A DNA stretch of 63,460 bases, filler included, from Lenisia limosa (GCA_001655205.1; 10 parts of 10 records of this genome joined end to end with filler, not necessarily neighbours in it); one strand, 5' to 3'. Numbered from the whole stretch's first letter, positions 40,030 to 51,210 are shown. Made by a program: numbers and translations. The notes: a model not told the origin generated them from the letters alone.

Positions 40030-41774
40030 ATGTTCGAAGATGAAGAAGTTCACAAGGTTCGTTGGGGCGTAGTGACCACGTAGTTTACTATTTTTAGCAA
40101 TTCACCGAGCTCCAAGCTCAACTGTACAAGGATCAGAAAACTATGAATCAGCTGGACCATGAGTTGAGAGTTCTTGCTGGCGATAAGGTATGTTGCCATC
40201 GAAATACAACTTATGTCCTATTTAGAAGCGTGGATTGATCACTTCTGAGCAGCTTAAGCTTCACCCCGAAGACAGAGACACCTTCCAGGCTCTTGGTTTG
40301 CCTCCCTTCTACCTTTCCTTCTTACCATTCTAGGAAAGATGTAGGAGAGGTTGTGCGAGTGCTGAGCGTACTGGCTTCACGTTCCCTGTTTATTGTTGTG
40401 TTATATAACAGAATAACGATGACCTCTGATTGGGGGTTTGAAACTAAACAGCAATCTTTTGAGACTTGTTCTTAGCGTATCTGCTGGGTTGCTTTCTTTG
40501 CTTTTTTTTCATATGATTCTGTACCTATAACTCAGTGACAACCTGGGCTTTGTTTGTTTTGCTGTGCTTTATTTAGAGATAAGAAATACAAATAGGAAGT
40601 ATCTGGCCGAAGCCGTCCACACCAGCATGCTTATAAGAGATGTTGGATTTTAGAACCATCAATTCACTCAATCATTTGCCTGACAAGTTTCTCTGTTTCT
40701 CCAAAGTGTTTATTTTGGGCTTTTATATCATAAACGTTCCATTTTCTCCATATCGACACGTATTATTCATCTTTTATTCCCATCCAAATAACACACCTTT
40801 TCCATTCACCCCCCCAGGTTCATCAAGAAGTCCAAGAACGACATTCTCACCGGTATCCAAACCGAGATTTCCAAGGTGGGGGTTGAGCAACACACTTGTT
40901 GCGTGTCTTTCTTAGCAGAAACAATTAAATGAAATTGTATTACAGGAAAAAATTTATCACTCTTCTCATCTGCCTCTTATATATTCATGTGGCTTAAAAA
41001 CGAAAGAATCTTTCTGCTCATGATGGTACTCTATATTGTTTTTCAATTGAGAAGGAAGGGAGATCTGTCGTGTATTCTCATGTGATCATATGACGGCTTC
41101 GGTCAGATACTCCCTTTGTTATTAAGTATTTCCACTAAGTTAAGAAGGGGCACAGCAGACTCATTACTACCTGCCCTATAGTGTGTACAAGTTTATTAAT
41201 TGTTTACGAATCCGCATTCATTTCGGTCCAAAAAAAAGACTGAATTTCTCGCCAACTCCTCGAAACATATCAATAGCCTTAGCAGTAACCCAGCATCATT
41301 TTACCAGTCACCATTTCCTATAGCTAATTGTGAAAACCATGCTGGTACTCTTTCTCCAACTGATGGGCTGACTTTTTAGCAGCATTCTGTACAGTCATTT
41401 ATTATAATATATAATGTCAAAACATTAGGACTTTCACATGGCTATTTTTTAATGTCGTTTTGCCATTGAAAGCCCCGTTACTAATCTCGATTTGTTCTTG
41501 ACTTTCTCGCTCTCCACCTTCGTACAAGAAACCTTTTACTTTATGGGAATATTACAGTACAATCCTACAGTCTTCCAAGAGCTGGTTTGATAACTTCCAT
41601 TTTCTGCTTTACGCCAATATTCCTTATCAACATTTCCGTCCTTTTTTATTGGCTCCCCCCCCTCCCCAGCTGGACCAAGAAGCCATGTCTATCGACGCCC
41701 GCATGCAGTACACACACAAGAGCATTGTCAGCACCGAAGCGTCCATGAAGGAAATCCTGGAGAAGAACAAGTAG
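40030..41774 (+). CDS. PFDN1: Prefoldin subunit 1 (118 aa, 6 exons)
   Basis: Exons 40030-40056, 40098-40187, 40226-40295, 40334-40340, 40818-40875, 41670-41774, all GT-AG and in phase. Product MFEDEEVHKQFTELQAQLYKDQKTMNQLDHELRVLAGDKKRGLITSEQLKLHPEDRDTFQALGKMFIKKSKNDILTGIQTEISKLDQEAMSIDARMQYTHKSIVSTEASMKEILEKNK*, matching the PFDN1 pattern (FTELQ.., ...GRMF, C-terminal coiled coil). Confidence 0.9.
40580..40650. repeat. Dispersed ~70-bp repeat family C with a GGC-TTCG-GCC mini-hairpin
   Basis: Consensus ccaatatctctt..aagcgtgatggtgtggacggcttcggccagatacaaccttgtttttttatttctcatt. Copies near 510-580, 12610, 21055, 27215, 28750, 29270-29355, 33000, 33275, 34285, 36308, 36525, 40580, 41090, in both orientations. 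Confidence 0.8.
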
Positions 41775-41849
41775 AGCGTGACGGGAGGTGGTGTATTTCG
41801 TTGTATTTTGGTATTTATGCATGGTTGAAGTTCTACACGTGTTCTTTAA

Positions 41850-44800
41850 CAATGGCTCCAACCGCTCCAGTGGTCAGGTGCTTCTTTCTTCTTAATTAGT
41901 GCTACCCGAGAGCAAGCAAGCAAGTCGACTTACACGCTTTTTTATATCGTTCGTAAAGTCATGAGGGAAGATTGTGTTCGTTTTTTCCCAACATGCCCAT
42001 ATTTGTCAGAAAGTTTTGATAAAATAACACTCCTGGCGATACACCTGCTTATCCTCCCAAAAATCGATATCATGAGGTTCTTGCCCCCATTGGAACTCCC
42101 TCGTCAACTATTTAACAGAATACAATACATAACCACCTTCCAACATAATAAACATACTAACATAATACACAACAACCCCATATCATACCTCACATTACAC
42201 TAAAACAGGTTCCCACACCTTGTCGCATTTGGCAATTGCCTTTTTGAGCTTCTGGGTATTATATACCTTACCTGCTTGGGACACCGCAGTGTCCTTCATT
42301 CCTGAGGGAGGGTGAAAATCGAACATTTAAGAAACATGCTATTAACACAGGTGGAAACAACAAAACATTCGATTAACACAGGTGGAAACAACAAAACATG
42401 CTATTAACACAGGTGGAAACAACAAAACAAAACTCCCACCATTCAGTACCACCCTTTTGAAGACAAGAGAAGCGTTCGGTACAATCAGGGATATTTCCGA
42501 TGCGGTGTGAATATCGTCCTAGAGGGGTGAAGGGAACTGGGAAGCGATAACAAGAAGGGTATGAAAGAACTGAGAGAGAAGCTAAGAACCCGCTCCCGCC
42601 AACATCGGTTCCATAACCTTCTTGGAGAACTGCAGCTTCCAACACCGCGTGCGAAACTATTGAGGTGAGGTGTATTATTGGTGTACATTATTAATAGAGG
42701 GAGGTGCGATAAAGTTTAGAGAGGGAGGTGCGATAAAGGAGGGGTCTGTGGTTGCAATATTATATTATACTTACATATACTATGTATATATATATAGCTA
42801 TATATTAATATGCATATAGCTATATATTATATCATATTATATACCTTATATCATATCATATGATAAACACTAACATATATCATATCATATGATAAACACT
42901 GCATACCATCACTAACTGTGAACTATCAGGTGTATAATACTCTATTGTGATTATGATGTAATATATTGTTGTGACTGAGTTTCCCATCAGCCACCCCATG
43001 TTGACACGCCATACGACACCACGTACCTAAAATGGCGCCATGCGCTGACGCTTGTTCGAGGGCGTCAACTTCATCTGGGGCATCACCCCACTAAATAATA
43101 AACCCATGGATGACAATATTTTGATTTCAATGAGTAGCTTAATTAATCAATAATTCCTTCTCAAAGAATGACTCTAATATTATACTCAGCCCAGAAACAC
43201 ACTCAATACGGAATCTCAGCCCAGAAACACACTGAATAGGGAATCTCAGCCCAGACACACTCAATAGGGAATCTCAGCCCAGAAACAACACCACCCCCCA
43301 CAATCAAGAATCTTGGCCTGATAGTCCCAACAACTCCCGCCACAGCTGACGCCACAGTAACGCCCACGCGAATGTCGAACGTATCTTCAAGGTTCTGGGG
43401 GGGGGGGGGGNNNNNNNNNNNNNNNNNNNNNNNNNNNNNNNNNNNNNNNNNNNNNNNNNNNNNNNNNNNNNNNNNNNNNNNNNNNNNNNNNTAACAAAAC
43501 AATATTTCTAAGTTCTGCGGTGGAGATGGAGTAAAATTTTACTTTTGAAAGAATAAAAAAAGAAGTGACGTGTGGAGGCGTGAAGAGAGAACGCACCTCA
43601 GTGATGTTCTTGAGAGACTGCAGGAATTCGAAGGCCGAGAGGAGTGACGCCATAGCGGGCGTGTTGCTAGTGTTCGGTATGCCGGATACTCCCTATGGTG
43701 TTACGTCCTGATTTACCTTTCAGATTGACCGCCTTTTTCATCTCCTTCCAACCCATATCCCCTCGTACCACCCAGGCATCTCCAACAGTGTAAACTCGGT
43801 ACACGCCTACAATCATGAAATTCAACGGTCAAGTCATTTTTCGAGTTAAAGATCGCAGAAACTACTGAGTCCATTGATATAGCCCGGGAATTGTCAATTG
43901 TGGATCGACCCCTCCCCCCCTTTTTTTTGAATATTACATCTTAAGTGTAATTATAAGTATCATTTTGGCATTTTAGGTTCAATTTAGTTTAATTTTCAAC
44001 TGTATTTTCAGTTTATTTTGAGCTGTCGTACCCTTCTTCTTGGCTGTGATGTCGAAAGAGACAAACAAGTCGTTGAGCACCCTGAAAGGGGTCAATAGCA
44101 GAAAGGGATATGAAAAGTGGCAATGTAGGAAATTGAGTAACTTCACACAGCCGCCAAAAAGTTCCCCACTGGAAGAGGTCTTTCGGATCCAATCCTCGCG
44201 ACATCTTCGTAAACTCCACAATGTCCGTCTAAGTTGTCATAATGAGGTGGGGGGGGGGGGAGTAAAACGAAGGAAATTTAGATGAAGAATAGTGGCGTAA
44301 AGGTAATCACGAACCGAATAATCTGAACCTCCTAACACCCCACCTGGACCATGGCGATTTTGCTGGGTAGCTCGGCAACAACGTTGACATTTTTAACGAC
44401 GTCGGACACCAGGAAGGAGGGGATGAGCCGGCAGAGGAATGCTGGGCATGAGCAAGGAGAGGCGTTATATGTGGTCATAATTTTCGTTTATAAACTAAAG
44501 ATACTACGAACTACATTCATACTAATATAAACACTCACTATACTGTACCCCACATACTACGAGTTTGACGCCGTTTCATCCGAAGTGCGTACTGAGAAAT
44601 GAGAAAAGTTTGTCCCGTACAGTTGCAAGCATAAGAAACATAGTAGCGTACCCCGGGACAACATATGATAATGCCTTTTCAACCCCCCCCCCCCACTCTC
44701 TCGATAAAAAGTTTGCGGGACTGCCGCTCAATTCGCATCGAATAGTAGACTCCACTCAGGAAAATCTGGATAATTAAGAGAGGGTTTGTCATCTGTAGCA

Positions 44801-46564
44801 ACCTACATATCATCTAATATTACGATAGTCAATTCCCCTTCTCAATAATTATTCCACTTGAATAAAACAGTCTTTCACTATCCAAATAGCTCCACACCGG
44901 GATAGAAAGCATGGTCCGGATGATGATGTCGGAATTGGCGATAGCGTCATCGTTATGCAGCAACAATATCTGTGACAGGAGAGCAAGAAGAGTGGTGCAG
45001 ATTCTAAAACGGTCATTTCGTGGCTTGGTCATGCGTATGGGAAGTTTGCTGTTCAGACTCTCAAAAAGATTTAATTTTAACATGTCAACCCCCCCCCCCC
45101 CNNNNNNNNNNNNNNNNNNNNNNNNNNNNNNNNNNNNNNNNNNNNNNNNNNNNNNNNNNNNNNNNNNNNNNNNNNNNNNNNNNNNNNNNNNNNNNNNNNN
45201 NNNNNNNNNNNNTCACCCTCCTTGACAAGACCCCCTCCCCCACCTCGGAAGGCAGAACAATGGCGTTGAGGTGCAGCGTGACGTAGAGCAAAAGCGAGGC
45301 ATTCATACGCGACTTTCTGAGGAGGGATGTGTGTGATTTATTGTCAGGAGAGAGCGTAAATATGTTTTTAAATATGCGATAAAATAAAAAAGCTGGAAAG
45401 GAAGGATGAACGAATTGAAGGCGGTAAAACAGCATGTACTATAGTTAGAGATTCCATAGGGTCCGAACAAGATTAGTACCCGGTACTTATTGAGGATTTA
45501 TTGAGGATTTATTGAGGGTTTATCGAGGGCTTATCGAGAAATGCATTCTTTTCGGACGAAGTGTAACCCTTGTAAGAGTCAATAAAACAACCCACACACT
45601 CAGTACAGGAGGAAGCCTCGTATATGACCACATGAATGAGGGCGATTAGACCGACTAAAACACCCGTCCAAATGCGATACTAAAGTGTTAGCAATGGGAT
45701 GGCAGTGTAAGGTGATCTGATGATAGGCCCGAAGATAAAGGCATGACAACTCTGGTGATTATACATGACCATGATAAGTCTTGAACGATTCTGAAGGGAA
45801 ATCGGTCAAGACTTATCACATGCAGCCGACTTGATATTTCAGCTTTTACAATAAAACACGCGATTTACGAGCAACATGCCACCGTTCCCATTTATATATA
45901 CTATGGTATATATATAATATACTCTGATATATACATAATATATATATTACATGATATATGTAATATACTATGTATATCACAATGATAATGTTGAAATATT
46001 CAAAACTCAAATTATAGCCTCAAATACTCAATTTATAGAGATTCCATTCTAAGTCCGCTCCAGGCCCACCAAACCTGTGTATTGGAGCGGGCAGCATAGG
46101 CCACATAGGCCACGCGGACGGCAAAGACAACCCATCCTACTGCTCGTTGGATGTCCTAAATGGGAAATAAATGGGGGGGGGGGGAACCTTCCTAAAAAGG
46201 GAATAAATCGGGATATTATGATATGATATCTGTTATGTCAACTTGTTGAATTGCCTAACTATACCCTCGCAATCAAGAGATACAAATCAACTCAGTCCTT
46301 TATTCTAAAACAGACATAGTTGACATCATATGAATAAAAAGCATCACATACATAGTTCTCGTGATGGAAAGGAAGGTAGAAGGCTTCTTCCATGTTCCGA
46401 GCCTCATGCTGCACAAGCTGCAATGTCAGCCGACAGTTTGTAGAGGTTTTATTTTATTAGCATCCCCACGTTCACTTTTAATGTATTTCTTTTGCTTTCA
46501 CCATACCCCCACCAACCTCGGCAGTTTTGTCCTTTTTCGACGAGTGTCGGCGGCCTGAAGAGCT
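41850..46564 (-). CDS. Transmembrane class III adenylyl/guanylyl cyclase, partial (TM block + one catalytic domain)
   Basis: After hydrophobic exons and YYSMRIERQSRKLFIER: AFLCRLIPSFLV..KIAMVQ/TDIVEFTKMSRGLDPKDLFQ/VLNDLFVSFDITAKKK/GVYRVYTVGDAWV/..ASLLSAFEFLQSL../DIRVGVTVASAVAGVVGTIRPRFLI/WGDAPDEVDALEQASAHGAIL/VSHAV. This is the canonical motif order. Confidence 0.85.
42340..42428. repeat. Intronic tandem repeat, 3 x 28 bp
   Basis: attaacacaggtggaaacaacaaaacat.. three times. Confidence 0.85.
43183..43285. repeat. Intronic tandem repeat, about 4 x 30 bp
   Basis: ctcagcccagaaacacactcaatagggaat units. Confidence 0.85.
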
Positions 46565-46748
46565 CTACAGCATTAGTTGCATTAGTTGCATATGTTGTGT
46601 AAGCTGTGTAAGTTGTGTAAGCTGGTTGGTTGCTTNNNNNNNNNNNNNNNNNNNNNNNNNNNNNNNNNNNNNNNNNNNNTTAATTAATTAANNNNNNNNN
46701 NNNNNNNNNNNNNNNNNNNNNNNNNNNNNNNNNNNTTATTCCCCTCAG

Positions 46749-48757
46749 GTACGGTATCGGTATCCCCCTCTTCGTGTTCTTCATTTTGGTCCGTAACAGA
46801 CACCGTCTTGATGAGCCCATGTTCCGAATGAGGTTCAGTGCTCTCTACCTGCGCTACAACAGAAGACGGTTCGAGGGATAGTAGACTGTTGAGCTGTGAT
46901 GAAGGAAGAGCGTTAGAAAGGATGCTGGGGTGGGGGGGGGGGTTGTCTACATATCTGATGCGACCACAGCATGGAATATTTACTTCGTTAAAATAATATT
47001 GTGTCCAATATCAGGAGTCCTAACAAAACCGTGGCCATTTTTTTCTAAACACCCCAGGTACCTGTGGGAACTGACGATTATCATTCGAAAGGTCCTGGTG
47101 CTGACGTCCTTCCTCTACTTCACAACGACCATGTTCCAAATCATGTTCGGCCTTGTCACTATTTTCACGTTCTACTCGTGAGCTTGGAGATAAATCTCGA
47201 TTGTTTGCTCTTGTTGGGAAAACGTTTTGCCCTCTTAACGACTGACCTGGGCTTTGTTTGTTACATAAATTTTCCAATTTTACTCCCCCCCACAGGTTCC
47301 ACATTTTCGCGCGGCCGCACGAGAGGTGGACTTTGATTCAGCTTGAGACCGTGTCCCTGGGCTCATCATTCCTCATCCTCTTCTGTGCCCTGGCGTTCCA
47401 GGTGCGTGTCAAGAGCGTGATAAATGTCAAAGAATCCTAGAGGAATACGTGATAAATATTAAATATCATAAATCCTAGAGGAATAGAGGAATTGGAATTC
47501 ATGTCTAACCCACCCCCCCAGGCCGGCATGCCCGACAGTGTGTCGCACTGGATTCTCATTTCAGCCGTTCTTTTGCTCATCTTCGGCACCCTCCTCCTGT
47601 TCCTTGTTGTGTTCTCTGTCGAAGTGTTTGCAGGGCTTTATGGGGTATTTCAAGTGCGGGTTGATTCTTCGGGGGGGGGGGGGTTGCTCTNNNNNNNNNN
47701 NNNNNNNNNNNNNNNNNNNNNNNNNNNNNNNNNNNNNNNNNNNNNNNNNNNNNNNNNNNNNNNNNNNNNNNNGGAAGCAGCGCAATATTGAACTGTTGCA
47801 GCGGAAACGCGAAGAGGCTGAACAGGTCACCTCGGGAGGCAAGGTGAGGTGGGGGACAGTTACAAATAGATTTATCGTATCATATGGTAGTACATTAAAT
47901 GATATGATTTGTACATATCGACAGGTATATAATTATGTTTCGCTTTTCACTTCTGAAGTGCCAAGATGATATCCACTTTTTGGGTACTAATCAAAATTTT
48001 GGGAGAAAGAGAAATATATCATAGGAAAACCTCACCCTCTCCAGCAGCTCCCAGCCCTGCCTGATACCCCCGTCATCAAAAGGACAAATGCTGACGGGGT
48101 CCCTGAGGAAGCGCCAGCAAGCGGAATCGTTGACGCTTTCAAGTTCTTCTCTGTGTTACCCCAGGTTCGAACCCCAGATTGCTCTCGTTTTTTTTTGGAT
48201 ATTTCTCTCGATATTTAGCCGATTTTGCCTGAAGTTCACCATTCAGAAAGTGGAGCTGACCAATACTACACTCTATAAGAGCACTGTCACAGTGGTCACT
48301 TGCCGTGTCCCCAATCTCGACACTCTCCTTGAGGTTAACCACAAGGTTTGAGGGGTATAGTGAGGGGGTTGATCTTGGGAATAGATTATCAATACCGTTA
48401 CAACGTCATCGCATAATCCAAATGACCACTCCAGTCGGTGAGCACGGCCTTTTCTGTGGCTTATGAGCGGCTTGCTGTCGCGCTCTCATCCCTTGACGGC
48501 GTCGAAATATCGTGGGGGGGGGGGGTNNNNNNNNNNNNNNNNNNNNNNNNNNNNNNNNNNNNNNNNNNNNNNNNNNNNNNNNNNNNNNNNNNNNNNNNNN
48601 NNNNNNNNNNNNNNNNNNNNNNNNNNNNNNNNNNNATAGTACACTTTTTACCCATTTTTCTCCAAGGAAGGTTTATTGTCGCAGGTCCACGGATGACATG
48701 TTCAAAGCAGGCTTCGACAATCCTCTTGATGCGCTCCAGTTCTGCCTCAAAATGCAG
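46749..48757 (+). CDS. C-terminal half of a TRP-like multi-pass domain followed by a degenerate class III cyclase domain, partial
   Basis: YGIGIPLFVFFILVRNRHRLDEPMFRMRFSALYLRY../YLWELTIIIRKVL../LETVSLGSSFLILFCAL/..LLLIFGTLLLFLVVF, then STVTVVTCRVPNLDTLLEVNHK..LDGVEIS/STDDMFKAGFDNPLDALQFCLKMQ, resembling the VFTDI..GYEVKTEGDAFMVAF..P..A..FC..Q cyclase type. Confidence 0.7.
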
Positions 48758-49099
48758 GTATGTTGTCATTGGTTCTGGGTGTGTAGGGCTTGGGGTTTGT
48801 GGGCGGCTCACAGGTTGAATAAGTATTTGTAAAATAAATATCATATCATATCAATAGTAGTATGTATGTCCTGTTTACCCCCATTCTTCATCGAAATTTC
48901 CTTCGTTGTACACTGGAGTGATGGGATGCGGTGCTGCAGAAGCGACTGGNNNNNNNNNNNNNNNNNNNNNNNNNNNNNNNNNNNNNNNNNNNNTTAATTA
49001 ATTAANNNNNNNNNNNNNNNNNNNNNNNNNNNNNNNNNNNNNNNNNNNNTCATAGAACTAGCTAGACTAAATTAGAATGGTATAAAGTTATTTTTTGTA

Positions 49100-51210
49100 G
49101 GTGAATTTTCTTCAAAAAAGGGATGGTCCCGATGATTTAATCAATACACCGTTTTATTATTGAATTAAGGATAACAAGTGCGTATGACGAATAGGAAGAA
49201 AAGACTCAACAATTTATTACATGGAGTAACTATTGCCTATTGACTTATGATAGAAATATGTTGCTGTGAAAAGTAGACAGTAAAGAACAATGGCTTCATT
49301 ATTGCACACACATTGAGTTGGTTGTTGAGCTTGTCAGTCCCCCCATCCCTATCCTCCTTTGACCCAATTTCTTGCTTGACATTTCCTTTGCCTCAGAGTC
49401 CCTCCTCTGCTACCTTGACTTTTTAGTTACGTTGTATACCTCTCTGAGTTTGCTGTCGAACATCTGNNNNNNNNNNTTCAAAAAAGGGATGGTCCCGATG
49501 ATTTAATCAATACACCGTTTTATTTTTGAATTAAGGATAACAGGTGCGTATGACGAATAGGAAGAAAAGACTCAACAATTTTTTACATGCAGTAGCTATT
49601 GCCTATTGACATATGATAGAAATACATATGTTGCTGTGAAAAGTAGACAGTAAAAACACTCTAGAAGGGGAGGCAAGGAAGTTTGGGAGTTTTGGGGGCT
49701 TCCAAGTTGGGACCAGGAGTATAATATCTCTTTGATAATTCCTAGCTCGCCTTACAGTTTGCCCTCTCCGCGGACTTTCACCAACTTCGGCCGACTACCC
49801 CTTCTTATTTGCCCCCAAGACGATATAAAATCTAAACTGAAAGGTTTGGCGGTCATTTGTAATTCCCCTTTATGGCTTCATTATTGCACACACACATTGA
49901 GTTGGTTGTTGAGCTTGTCAGTCCCCCCATCCCTATCCTCCTTTGACCCAATTTTCTTGCTTGACATTTCCTTTGCCTCAGAGTCCCTCCCCTGCTACCT
50001 TGACTTTTTAGTTACGTTGTATACCTCTCTGAGTTTGCTGTCGAACATCTGACCGCCCTCGTAATGAATGAACCTCTTACCTAGGACTAATGGTAGGGTG
50101 GGATGGTATCGGCGATATTTCGATACACTACTATTGCATTTTAATGATGGCTGAGTGGGGGGGTCTCTCAGCAAGATTGTTGGGCTTGTGTGTTTTATCT
50201 ACCTCAAATTGACCAGTTTTGAGAACCACCTGTGTGAAACACTATATTGGTTCTTCGTTTTTGTTTTACCCTTTCACTGTTGTAGCCTAATTAAACTTAC
50301 CTTTAGAAGGGAGTGTTTCAATTGTCTCAAACCTTGGAAATTGTTCAACCGAAAATTATATGACGTTTACCGTACCACCTATCTATTTGAGCCACCTGCG
50401 ACGCTATTTGCGGCAGTTCCATTCTANNNNNNNNNNGGTGGGGGGGGGGTCTCTCAGCAAGATTGTTGAGCTTGTTAAGGGGTCTCAGCAAGATTGTTGG
50501 GCTTGTTAAGGGGGGAATTGGCAAGCAAGATTGTTGGGACTGTCAGTCCCCCCATCCCTATCCTATTTTAACCCAGTTTTCTTGTTGAGATTTCCTTTGC
50601 CTCAACGTTCCTCCCCTGCTACCTTGACTTTTTAGTTACGTTGTATACCTCTCTGAGTTTGTTGTCGAACATCTGACCGCCCTCGTAATGTATGAACCTC
50701 TCTCCTGGGACTAATGGTATCGGGGATATTTCGAAATACTGGACTTTGGTGATTGTCATGAATACCATGTGGAAAACTTTTTCGCATTAAGCTGTTTTGA
50801 ATGGAGGTAGTTTTTTTGCTATCGTGAAACTTTACTTTTGACCTTTTTTTCAGTTTAGGCTTACTTCCCCTTCCCCCTTGATTTTCGTAATTCAGGAAGT
50901 ATTGATAAGGCTTTTGGAATTAACTCACAATCTATCTTTTGTTCACCCTTTACAAAGTTTTATTTAACTTAGTACTCTGAAAGAAGAAATGAGCCATTGT
51001 ATTTCATCGTTTTGTATTCATCCTGCTACCCCAAAGGTATTGTGTTTTATCTACCTCAAATTGGCCAGTTTTGAGAACCACCTGTGTAACTTGAGAAGGG
51101 AGTGTTTCAATTGTCTCAAACCTTGGAAATTGTTCAACCGAAAATTATATGCCGTACCACCGATCTATTTGAGCCACCTGCGACCCTATTTGCGGCAGTT
51201 CCATTATATC
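49100..51210. repeat. Contig built from overlapping direct partial duplications (150-350 bp blocks)
   Basis: 49110-49290 matches 49478-49650. The block ..gtcccccatccctatcc..gtcgaacatctg occurs near 49290, 49870 and 50540. 50190-50425 matches 51040-51205. Includes two 10-N gaps. Confidence 0.85.
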
